A model generated the notes under the pieces. That model was not told where the DNA came from and did no database searches. It saw nothing but the letters and a program-made list of their open reading frames with translations. This document shows, one piece after another, positions 9,759 through 18,314 of a stretch of DNA of 64,000 nt. Numbering within the stretch: position 1 is the first letter of the stretch; each line of letters begins with the position of its first letter. The stretch is from Candidatus Latescibacterota bacterium (GTDB lineage Bacteria; Latescibacterota; UBA2968; UBA8231), in the NCBI GenBank assembly GCA_965221775.1, contig CBDCSU010000006.1:1760001-1824000 (forward strand), read 5' to 3'. The position numbers and the translations under genes were made by a program.

Positions 9759-12700
9759 GTGCGGGTGCCCTCATCCGAAAGACCTGCCGCCATGGCGGCC
9801 CTGCCTCCACCCTCCAGCATGGATCGATCCCCGGCGAGGAACCGTCCAGGCGGTTCCCATGCCGCCCTCGTCTGCCTCACCCTCCTGGGGGCCGTCCCCG
9901 CATGGCCCGACGCCGATGACGAGTGGCTGCTGGCCCGCAACCTCTACCGCCAGATGGCCGACTACGCCACCGCCGCCCAGCTCTTCGCCGACTTCATCCG
10001 CAACCACCCCGGCCACGCCAACGTGCCCGATGCCCGGCTGCTGCTGGCCCGCTCCTATGCCCGCAGCTCGCGCTGCGCAGAGGCCGTGCCGGCGTACGAC
10101 AGCTTTGTCGAGCGACACTCCGGGCACCTCTCGGTGGCCGAGGCCCGGCGCGAGCGCGCCGACTGCCTGCAGCAACTGGACCGCTTCGAGGAGGCCGCCG
10201 AAGCCTTCGAGGAGGTGCAACGCCTCTACAGCGAGAGCGGGTTCGCCGCCGGCGCCCTCTTGCAGGCGGCCGGCAACCACCTGCGCGCTGGCGACGCGGC
10301 CAACGCCGTGCGGGTATACGACGAACTCCTCTCCGAGTATGGCGCCACGCGGTCGGCGCGCCAGGGCCGGCTCCAACTGGCCAGGGTCCGTTTTGCCGGC
10401 GGCGACCCCGAGGCCGCCCAGGATCTGCTGGGCGCGGTCCGGAAGGCCGCCCCGGCCAGCGAAGAGGCCCGGGACGCCCTGCTGCTGTCCGGGCAGATCC
10501 ACCTGTTCCTCGGCCGCACCGCGGCTGGCGCCACCGCCTTCAGGAGGCTGCATCAGGCCTTCCCCCGCAGCGCCGAGAGCGACTCCGCCCACCTGGTCCT
10601 GGCCAGCCACCACATGGACCGCGGCCGCTACCACGAAGCGGTGACCGCCTATCGGGAAGCGGCCACGGCGATCCGGGATCCAGGCCGGAGGGCCAGGGCC
10701 CGGGTCGGGTATGCCGATGCCCTCCGGCTTTCCGGGCGTCACAAGGAGGCCTTGGCGCTCTACGAACCGCTGTCGCAGACCGGCGCACCGGGCGTGGACG
10801 ACCCGTTGCGTGGCCGAGCGATGCTCGGACGCGCAATCTCTCTAGGACAGACCGGCCGATTCGCACCCGCGGTACGCCTGTTCCTGGACCTCGTGCAAAG
10901 TCCTTCGAGCGGGGGTGCCCCCCCGGCGCACGCGGCCGCGGCCGTGCGCCAGCTCGGGGCCCTCTACCGCCGCCAGGGGGACCTCCCCCGGGCCCGTTCG
11001 TGGTTCCTCCGCTATCTCGACGACGCCGAGCGCCTGGGGTCCGCCTTCCCGGAGTCGGAGGCCGAACGCGACCTCACCCGCCTTCACCTGGCCCAGGTCT
11101 ACGACGCCAGCGGCTACCATGACGAAGCGGTCCGGTTGTTCACGGCCCAGAGTCGAGACTCCGGTCCGTTGGCCGCGGATGCCCAGTACGGGCTTGCCGA
11201 CGCCTACGACGGCGCCGGCGCCCGCAGGCTGGCGGTCGCCGAGTACCGCAACTTCCTCGAGCGTTTTCCGCGCCATCCCCGCGCCTCCCGGGTAAGTCAG
11301 CGCGTCGAATATCTCGACGGTTACACCATCACCGACGCGGACGGCCTCGCCCTGGCCCTGCAGCAGAAGTGGATCGACGAGCTGACGGGAGTGCCCCGCC
11401 GCCGGATCCTGCTCGACGTGGCCCGCATCCTGCGCGACCACCAGGACTTCCCGGGTGCCGTGCGGGCCTGGGGCATCTATGCCGCATCCTATCCGGACGA
11501 CCCGACCGCGGCCGAGGCCCGGTTCCACCTGGCCGACTGCCTCTACCGGCTCGCCCGCCAGCGTCGGCTCGAGGGGCGGAGCGCCGCCGGCGACTCCCTG
11601 TACGCGCTGGCCCTGGAGGAGGACGCCCTTCTGGGGGAGAGCGGAGCCGGCGAGTGGTCGAGGATGGCCCAGCTTCGCCGTGCGGAGTCGATCGCCGACT
11701 CCGCGCCCCAGGATCGGAGACAGCGCACGCTGGAGGCCGGCTACGCCGCCTTCCTCGAGCGGAACCCGTTGTCCGGGGACACCCGTGAGACCCGCGCCCG
11801 GGCCCTGATCGGCCTCGCCGACGCACGGCTCGAGGCAGCCCAGGGCGATACCGGCCGGCTGGCTGGAGCGGACTCGGTGTACGCCCGTCTGCTGAGCGAG
11901 GCCGGCGACACCCAATGGGCGCCCCACGCCCGCTTCGGCCGGGCCGTCGTGCGCTTGCGGACGGGAGAGATCGAAGGGGCCGTCGACGCTCTGAGCGCGC
12001 TGCTGCCCCAGGTCTCCGGAAGCGATCTGCAGCCGCGGGTGCTGGCCACCCTCGGAGGCGCCCTGGCCCGTTCGGGCCGCTTCGAGGAGGCGGCGATGAC
12101 CCTCGGCGAGCTGCAGGCCTATCCCGACTTCGACGGTCGGCGGGAGTCGCAAGAACTCCTGGCCGACATCCACTTCCGCCTCGGAGAGCCGCGCCGGGCG
12201 GGGGAACTGCTCTCCTCCCTGGTCTCAACGGATCCCGACGGCGATCTGGACGGGGTGTTGCGATTCCGGCTTGCCCGCGCCCACGACCGGGCGGGGGACC
12301 TCCCGGCGGCCCTGGCCCTCTACGAGCGCCTCCTCGCCGAGGGTGCCGGTTCCGCGGACTCGCTGCAGTTGGCGAGAGGCCGGTTGCTCGCCCGCCTCGG
12401 TCGGGCCGACGAGGCGTTGGCCGCCTATTCGAGGGTCCGGGGCCCCCCGCGCACCGCCGCAGACCTGGGCGCCGGCGAGCTCCACTTCGAGGCGGAGCGC
12501 TACGGCAGGGCCTGGACCGTGTACGCGCCCCGGCTCGAGAGCGACGAAGCCACGGCTGGCGACATCGGCCGCGCCGTGGTCAGCCTCTTCGAGCTGGGCA
12601 GGACCAAGGAGGCCAAGAGCTGGGCCAAGCGGCACCGGGAGCGCTTTGGAGACGACGGCGTGTGGCCCTATCTGTTCCGTCTGTACGAAGGCCGGGTGCT

Positions 12701-13583
12701 GCTGAAGGCCGGCAAGTGGGAGGCGGCGCGCAAGCACTTCGCCGAGGTCGCCGAGGACGCCGCCAAGAAGCCCGCTCAGGCCTCCTGGGGCCGGGATCCG
12801 GAGGGCCTGCTGGCGCGCATGGCCTCCGACCCGGCCGGGGCCGGAGCCTACTTCGCCGCCACGGCGGAGTGGGAACGCATGCGTTCGGAGCCGAGCGAGG
12901 AGAGCACCGAGCAGGCCCTGAAGGCCCAGTCCGAGTTCGCCGCCGGCTACCCGGACTCGCCTTTCTCGGCCGATGTCCATCTCCGACTCGGGGCCTTTCA
13001 CCAGACCCTGGGCAACCTGCTTCCGGCGGCAGGGGCGTACCGCCGCGTCTTCGAGTCGCCGCGGGCGACCTGGGCGCAACGCCAGGAAGCCGCCTACAAG
13101 CTGTTGCGCTGCTACTCGCGGCTCTACCAGTGGGACGAGGCGCTGCGGGTGGCGCGGCGCATCGAGAGGGAGTTTCCCGAGCACCCGGACCGCCGGGACG
13201 TTCAGTTGGAGATCGGATACATCCTCAAGGAGACCGGCCAGTACGGAGCGGCCATCTCGTACCTGGAGGAGGTACTGGAGTGGGCCAAGGGAGAGGACGC
13301 GGCCGAGGCCCGCTACTACATCGGTCAGTGCTACCAGAACATGAGCGAGTACCGGATGGCGATCCAGGCTTTCGCCCAGGTCGCCTTCCACGGCGCCGAT
13401 GCCAGCGTCAACTGGATCAACTCCGCGGACTTCCAGCGCGCCGGCTGCCACGAACAGCTGGGAGAGTTCGATCAGGCGCGCAGCATCTACCAGAGGATCA
13501 TCAACCGCGAAGGCGCCGGCAGCGAATACGGCCGCGCCGCCCACGAACGCATCCAGGGGATTCCTGGAGGCACCGCCCGGTAA
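9759..13583 (+). CDS. Very large exported tetratricopeptide-repeat protein (BamD/CpoB-like repeats)
   Basis: Repeated helical units such as AAQLFADFIRNHPG..ARLLLARSY, YRNFLERFPRHP and AEARYYIGQCY. N-terminal signal-like segment (AALVCLTLLGAVPAW). Start is uncertain (9759, 9792 or 9819). Confidence 0.85.
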   Translation: MRVPSSERPAAMAALPPPSSMDRSPARNRPGGSHAALVCLTLLGAVPAWPDADDEWLLARNLYRQMADYATAAQLFADFIRNHPGHANVPDARLLLARSYARSSRCAEAVPAYDSFVERHSGHLSVAEARRERADCLQQLDRFEEAAEAFEEVQRLYSESGFAAGALLQAAGNHLRAGDAANAVRVYDELLSEYGATRSARQGRLQLARVRFAGGDPEAAQDLLGAVRKAAPASEEARDALLLSGQIHLFLGRTAAGATAFRRLHQAFPRSAESDSAHLVLASHHMDRGRYHEAVTAYREAATAIRDPGRRARARVGYADALRLSGRHKEALALYEPLSQTGAPGVDDPLRGRAMLGRAISLGQTGRFAPAVRLFLDLVQSPSSGGAPPAHAAAAVRQLGALYRRQGDLPRARSWFLRYLDDAERLGSAFPESEAERDLTRLHLAQVYDASGYHDEAVRLFTAQSRDSGPLAADAQYGLADAYDGAGARRLAVAEYRNFLERFPRHPRASRVSQRVEYLDGYTITDADGLALALQQKWIDELTGVPRRRILLDVARILRDHQDFPGAVRAWGIYAASYPDDPTAAEARFHLADCLYRLARQRRLEGRSAAGDSLYALALEEDALLGESGAGEWSRMAQLRRAESIADSAPQDRRQRTLEAGYAAFLERNPLSGDTRETRARALIGLADARLEAAQGDTGRLAGADSVYARLLSEAGDTQWAPHARFGRAVVRLRTGEIEGAVDALSALLPQVSGSDLQPRVLATLGGALARSGRFEEAAMTLGELQAYPDFDGRRESQELLADIHFRLGEPRRAGELLSSLVSTDPDGDLDGVLRFRLARAHDRAGDLPAALALYERLLAEGAGSADSLQLARGRLLARLGRADEALAAYSRVRGPPRTAADLGAGELHFEAERYGRAWTVYAPRLESDEATAGDIGRAVVSLFELGRTKEAKSWAKRHRERFGDDGVWPYLFRLYEGRVLLKAGKWEAARKHFAEVAEDAAKKPAQASWGRDPEGLLARMASDPAGAGAYFAATAEWERMRSEPSEESTEQALKAQSEFAAGYPDSPFSADVHLRLGAFHQTLGNLLPAAGAYRRVFESPRATWAQRQEAAYKLLRCYSRLYQWDEALRVARRIEREFPEHPDRRDVQLEIGYILKETGQYGAAISYLEEVLEWAKGEDAAEARYYIGQCYQNMSEYRMAIQAFAQVAFHGADASVNWINSADFQRAGCHEQLGEFDQARSIYQRIINREGAGSEYGRAAHERIQGIPGGTAR

Positions 13584-13687
13584 GAGGCCGCTCCCGCATG
13601 GTCTGCAAAGCGTCGCGTCCAACCCGGACCGGCCGGGGGTCCCGCCGGGGGCGTTCGATTCCCGGCCGCCTCCTCTGAGTTCCACCC

Positions 13688-15196
13688 ATGGCCCGCAACC
13701 GCTACCTGCTGCTCACCCAAGACCCCGCACTGGCCGACGCCTGCAGCCGGGAGCTTCAGGACGGGTCGTGCGAAGTCATCGAGGTGCGCGATGCCGGCCG
13801 GCTCCCCGTGCTCCTCGACCGGGGCGCCGGCCTCGTCCTCGTCGATCTCAACCTCCCCGACCTCAGCCTGCGGTCGATCGCCGAGGTGCTGGCCGAGCGC
13901 CGCGAGTTGCCGGTCGTCGTCCTGGCCGCGGGCTCCACTGCCGCCTGGGACAAGCTCTCCCGGGGCAGCCCCCTCGAGCAGGTGGTCGAGGTGCCGGTCG
14001 ACGGCGGCCAGCTCACGGCGGCCGTCTCCCGCCTGCTCGAACGCAGCCGCTTCCTGTGCCAACACCTGGTCGGCAACTCCGAGGCCATCCGGACCCTGCG
14101 CGAGCAGATCCTCCTCGTGGGCCCGACGCCGGTGACCGTCCTCATCACCGGGGAGAGCGGCTCCGGCAAGGATGTCGTGGCCCGCGCCCTCCACCACTTC
14201 AGCGGCCGCGACGACAAGCCCTACAAGCCGATCAACTGCGCCGCCATCCCCGAGAACCTTCTGGAGAACGAGTTGTTCGGCCACGAGCGGGGCGCCTTCA
14301 CCGATGCCCGGTCGCAGACCCGGGGCATCTTCGAGCAGGCCCACAAAGGCACGGTGTTCCTCGACGAGATCGGAGAGATGGCCCGCTCGGCGCAGGTGCG
14401 CCTGCTGCGGGTTCTCGAGGAGCGACGCGTCACCCGCATCGGCGGCGACGAGTCGATCGAGGTCGATGTGCGCATGCTGGCGGCCAGCAACAAGGACCTG
14501 CTCTCCTCGGTGAGCCGGGGCGAGTTCAGGCGCGATCTCTACCACCGCCTGAAGGTCGTCGAGCTCTACCTGCCGCCATTGCGTGAGCGGCGCGAGGACA
14601 TCCCACTGCTCCTCGAGCACTTCGTCGAGATCTACAGCCAAGGCCGGAAGGACCGTATCCGGTTCCACGGATTCACCCCGCGGGCCCTCGACCTCCTCGC
14701 CCAGTACGACTGGCCCGGGAACGTCCGCGAGTTGCGCAACCTGGTGGAACATCTCGTCTTCCTGGGACCGGCCGGCCGGGTCGATGCCGACGACCTGCTT
14801 CCCCATCTGGAGCGGGCGCCGGACCTCGGTGTCAACCTGCCCGTCCCGACCTTGAAGACCCCGGATCAGTCGGAGCGCGAGCTGATCTACTTCGCCCTCC
14901 TCGACCTCAAGCGGGAGGTCGCCGACCTGAGGCGGACCATCGAGGAGGGCAGAGCGACGGCCGTACCCCGTCCCGTGCGGCCCGTGTACCAAGTCGACGA
15001 GGACGCGGGAGCAGGCGAGGCCGCCGACCTGGGGGAGGACGACAACGGGGTGCCGCCGTCGCTGAAGGAGCTGGAGCGCGACGCCATCTCCCGGGCCCTG
15101 GAGCAGGTGGGCAACAACCGCCGCAAGGCGGCCGAGCTGCTCGGGATCGGGGAGCGCACCCTGTACCGCAAGCTCGACAAGTACGGGTTCAAGTGA
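13688..15196 (+). CDS. sigma54-dependent transcriptional activator (degenerate receiver, AAA+, Fis HTH)
   Basis: GESGSGKD, INCAAIP, ELFGHERGAFTDA, FLDEIGEM, WPGNVREL, C-terminal NRRKAAELLGIGERTLYRKL. Confidence 0.95.
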   Translation: MARNRYLLLTQDPALADACSRELQDGSCEVIEVRDAGRLPVLLDRGAGLVLVDLNLPDLSLRSIAEVLAERRELPVVVLAAGSTAAWDKLSRGSPLEQVVEVPVDGGQLTAAVSRLLERSRFLCQHLVGNSEAIRTLREQILLVGPTPVTVLITGESGSGKDVVARALHHFSGRDDKPYKPINCAAIPENLLENELFGHERGAFTDARSQTRGIFEQAHKGTVFLDEIGEMARSAQVRLLRVLEERRVTRIGGDESIEVDVRMLAASNKDLLSSVSRGEFRRDLYHRLKVVELYLPPLRERREDIPLLLEHFVEIYSQGRKDRIRFHGFTPRALDLLAQYDWPGNVRELRNLVEHLVFLGPAGRVDADDLLPHLERAPDLGVNLPVPTLKTPDQSERELIYFALLDLKREVADLRRTIEEGRATAVPRPVRPVYQVDEDAGAGEAADLGEDDNGVPPSLKELERDAISRALEQVGNNRRKAAELLGIGERTLYRKLDKYGFK

Positions 15197-16629
15197 GAGG
15201 CCCCGCGATCCGGGCGCTGGCGGCGGCGTGGCTGCTCGCCTGTACCGCGGCCCTGCCGGCGGCAGGGCAGTCCGGACTGGAGCGGTTCGAGGACCTGAGC
15301 CGCTCCTTCCGCTCCGTCTACGACCGCGTCGCTCCCGCCGTGGTCCTGATCCAGACCTCGGGAGAGGTGCACCCGCTCCCGCGTTTCCACCCGCCGGTCC
15401 CCCGGGGAGACGGAGACGGGCTCAGAGGCCTCGGCTCGGGGGTGATCGTCTCCGCCGACGGCCACATCCTGTCGAATCACCACGTGATCAAGGGGGCCGA
15501 CTCGATACGGGTGACCCTCCACGATCGCCGGCGCTTCCCCGCCCGGGTCGTCGGGGTCGATTCGCTCATCGACATCGCCCTGCTCGAGATCGACGCTCCC
15601 GGCCTGCCCGTCGCTTCCCTCGGCCGGTCCGAGGACCTGCTGATCGGCGACTGGGTGCTGGCCATCGGCTATCCCCTGGGCATGGGAACCACCCTGACCC
15701 ACGGCATCGTCAGCGCCCTCGGCCGGCGTGCCCGGGTGATCGAGGACGACTACGGCATCGAGAGCTTCATCCAGACGAACGCGGTGATCAACCCCGGCAA
15801 CTCGGGGGGGCCGCTCCTGGATCTGCAGGGACGAGTGGTCGGAATCAACACCGCCATCTCCACCCGGACCGGCTTCTTCATGGGCTACGGCCTGGCCGTC
15901 CCCATCGACCTGGCCCGGGAAGCGATGGACGATTTCCTCGTGTACGGCCGGGTCGTGCGGGGTTACCTCGGGGTAGAGATGAGCGATGTCGACGACGAGC
16001 TGGTCCGGCGTGAGGACCTGGACCTGTCGCCGCCGCGAGGCGTTTTCATCACACGGATCGAGCCGCGCACACCCGCCGACCGCAGCGGCTTGTCGGCAGG
16101 CGACGTGGTCCTCGCCATCGACGGCCAGCCGGTGGACCTCACCAACGAGGTGCAGACCCGCATCTATGGCCGTGACCCGGGGGAGAGGGTGGAACTCACC
16201 GTTCTCCGCGCCGGGCGGCGGCACCGGGTCCCGGTCGTCCTCGGCGAGCGGGAGGAGAGCCTGCTCCTGGCCCGCGGCCGGCGCCTGGCGCGGCGTCTCG
16301 GCCTGACCCTGGAATCGATGACGGGGGACCAGGCCATCCGTCTCGGCTTCACCCGGGAGCAGGCGCGCAGACTGAATCTGCCCGAGAGCGCCGGCGCGGT
16401 GGTCATCACCGAGGTGGAGCCCGGAAGCCCGGCGGCGCGGCTCGGACTGGAGGTGGACGACGTCATCACCGAGATCGACCGGACCGCCATCGCCTCCCTC
16501 GATCAGTTCGCGCGCGATCTGGCGCGGCTGAAAGCGGGGGAGTCGGCCCTGCTGTGGCTCTGGCGCCGGGGCCGGGGCATCGACGTCCGAGCCCTTCCCA
16601 TTCATGCGGTTGAGGAGAACGAACCATGA
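15193..16629 (+). CDS. HtrA/DegP-DegQ family serine protease with two PDZ domains
   Basis: Signal peptide, GLGSGVIV, SNHHV (His), DIALL (Asp), INPGNSGGPL (Ser), and two PDZ repeats. Confidence 0.94.
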   Translation: MRGPAIRALAAAWLLACTAALPAAGQSGLERFEDLSRSFRSVYDRVAPAVVLIQTSGEVHPLPRFHPPVPRGDGDGLRGLGSGVIVSADGHILSNHHVIKGADSIRVTLHDRRRFPARVVGVDSLIDIALLEIDAPGLPVASLGRSEDLLIGDWVLAIGYPLGMGTTLTHGIVSALGRRARVIEDDYGIESFIQTNAVINPGNSGGPLLDLQGRVVGINTAISTRTGFFMGYGLAVPIDLAREAMDDFLVYGRVVRGYLGVEMSDVDDELVRREDLDLSPPRGVFITRIEPRTPADRSGLSAGDVVLAIDGQPVDLTNEVQTRIYGRDPGERVELTVLRAGRRHRVPVVLGEREESLLLARGRRLARRLGLTLESMTGDQAIRLGFTREQARRLNLPESAGAVVITEVEPGSPAARLGLEVDDVITEIDRTAIASLDQFARDLARLKAGESALLWLWRRGRGIDVRALPIHAVEENEP

Positions 16630-17759
16630 CCGGATCCCCGGTCGATCTGAACGGGGCCGACGGCCTGTTGATGGTGGGCGACTCCGAACGCAATGCGGAC
16701 CTGTTCTGGGCCACCGGATTCCGGGCGCCCGATCCCTTCATCTACCTGGCCTCGCCCGACAACGCCTGGGTCGTGGTCAAGGACCTCGAGCTGGACCGGG
16801 CCCGGGAGGAAGTGCACGGCGCGGAGGTGCTGGCCGGCTCCAGGTACGACGCCCGGGGCGACGGATCGGCGGCGGGGGGACAGCTCGGCGAGATCCTGCG
16901 CAGCCTGCAGTTGCATCGGCTGCTGGTGCCCGCCGACTTCCCGGTGCATACCGCCGACGAGCTGAGGGACGCGGGTTTCTGCCTGACCGTCGCCGAGCCT
17001 CCCCTGTTTCCGCAGCGGGCGATCAAGTCCGAGGAGGAGGTTGCGGCCATCGCCCAGGCGCAGGAGGGGGCCGAGCGGGCCATGGAGGCGGCCCTGGCCA
17101 TGATCGGGGAGTCCTCCGTCCGCGACGACCTGCTCGTGGGACCGCAGGGGCCTCTGACCTCGGAAGCGGTGCGGCGGCGCATCCACCACGTCCTGCTCGA
17201 CTGCGACTGCCACGGAGAGCACACGATCGTGGCCGGCGGCGAGCAGGCCATCGACCCCCACCAGGGCGGCCACGGCCCCCTGCCCGCCCACCAGCCGATC
17301 ATCATCGACATCTTTCCCCGCCACTCCGTGAGCGGCTATTTCGGCGACATCACGCGTACGGTCGTCCGGGGCCGGGTGTCGGCGGACGTGCAGCGGCTCC
17401 ACGAAGCCGTTGCGGCCGCCCAGCAGGGGGCCTTGGAGAGCATCCGCGACGGGGTCGACGGGGCGGAGGTGCACCAGGCCGTGATCCGAGGTTTCGCCTC
17501 CGCCGGGTACGAGTCCGGAGAGATCGACGGCCGGATGCAGGGCTTCTTCCACGGCACCGGCCATGGTCTCGGCCTGCAGATCCACGAGGCGCCGTACATC
17601 TCCCGGCCTTCCTGCCGGCTCGAGACGGGGCAGGTGGTCACCGTGGAGCCGGGCCTCTACTACGCCGGCCTCGGCGGCTGCCGCATCGAGGATCTCGTGG
17701 TCGTCGAGGACGGCGGCTGCCGCAATCTCACGACCTTCCCCAAGACCCTCTCCGTCTGA
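16626..17759 (+). CDS. Xaa-Pro aminopeptidase family (M24B) peptidase
   Basis: RAIKSEEE, DIFP..GYFGDITRT, HGTGHGLGLQIHEAP, TVEPGLY, RIEDLVVV. Confidence 0.93.
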   Translation: MTGSPVDLNGADGLLMVGDSERNADLFWATGFRAPDPFIYLASPDNAWVVVKDLELDRAREEVHGAEVLAGSRYDARGDGSAAGGQLGEILRSLQLHRLLVPADFPVHTADELRDAGFCLTVAEPPLFPQRAIKSEEEVAAIAQAQEGAERAMEAALAMIGESSVRDDLLVGPQGPLTSEAVRRRIHHVLLDCDCHGEHTIVAGGEQAIDPHQGGHGPLPAHQPIIIDIFPRHSVSGYFGDITRTVVRGRVSADVQRLHEAVAAAQQGALESIRDGVDGAEVHQAVIRGFASAGYESGEIDGRMQGFFHGTGHGLGLQIHEAPYISRPSCRLETGQVVTVEPGLYYAGLGGCRIEDLVVVEDGGCRNLTTFPKTLSV

Positions 17760-17863
17760 CCCGGGCGGTGGCTCGCGAGCGCCCTCCATTTGCCGCGCCT
17801 GCCAACCTTGAGGATCTTCAACAGCCAGAGTTCTCCTTCCCCGGCCCCTGATCGAGTGCCGCC

Positions 17864-18304
17864 ATGAGATGGGCCTTTGCCCTCGGTTCCGTCGCCGCCG
17901 CCGCCGGCGTCATCGCCCTCCTCGCCCTGGGCATCCAGCAGTCGGCGAGCCGTCACATGACCCTCGACGCCCTGCTGGCCGAGGCTCACACCCTCACCGA
18001 AGGGCGCCGAATCCAGCTCGGCGGCTGCACCGTCGTCCCCGGCACCATCGAGTGGGACGAGTACCGCCACCGGCCCCGGTTCCAGATCACCGACGGCGAG
18101 CGCCAGTTGGCCGTCCGCTACACGGGCCACTCGGTGCTGCCCGACACCTTCCAGGACCGCGCCCAGGTCGTGCTCGAGGGCCGCTTCGTGCCGGACCAGC
18201 AACGCTTCGAGGCCGAGGTCGTGCAGGCCAAGTGTCCATCCAAGTACGAGGGCCAGAGCTACGACGATCACCCGGAGGCGTTGAAGCCGTCGGGCAGCAT
18301 CTGA
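17864..18304 (+). CDS. ccmE: Heme chaperone CcmE, CxxxY variant
   Basis: N-terminal TM, YTG..LPDTF...VVLEG, and AKCPSKY in place of AKHDENY. Confidence 0.92.
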   Translation: MRWAFALGSVAAAAGVIALLALGIQQSASRHMTLDALLAEAHTLTEGRRIQLGGCTVVPGTIEWDEYRHRPRFQITDGERQLAVRYTGHSVLPDTFQDRAQVVLEGRFVPDQQRFEAEVVQAKCPSKYEGQSYDDHPEALKPSGSI

Positions 18305-18314
18305 CCCCGGCGGC

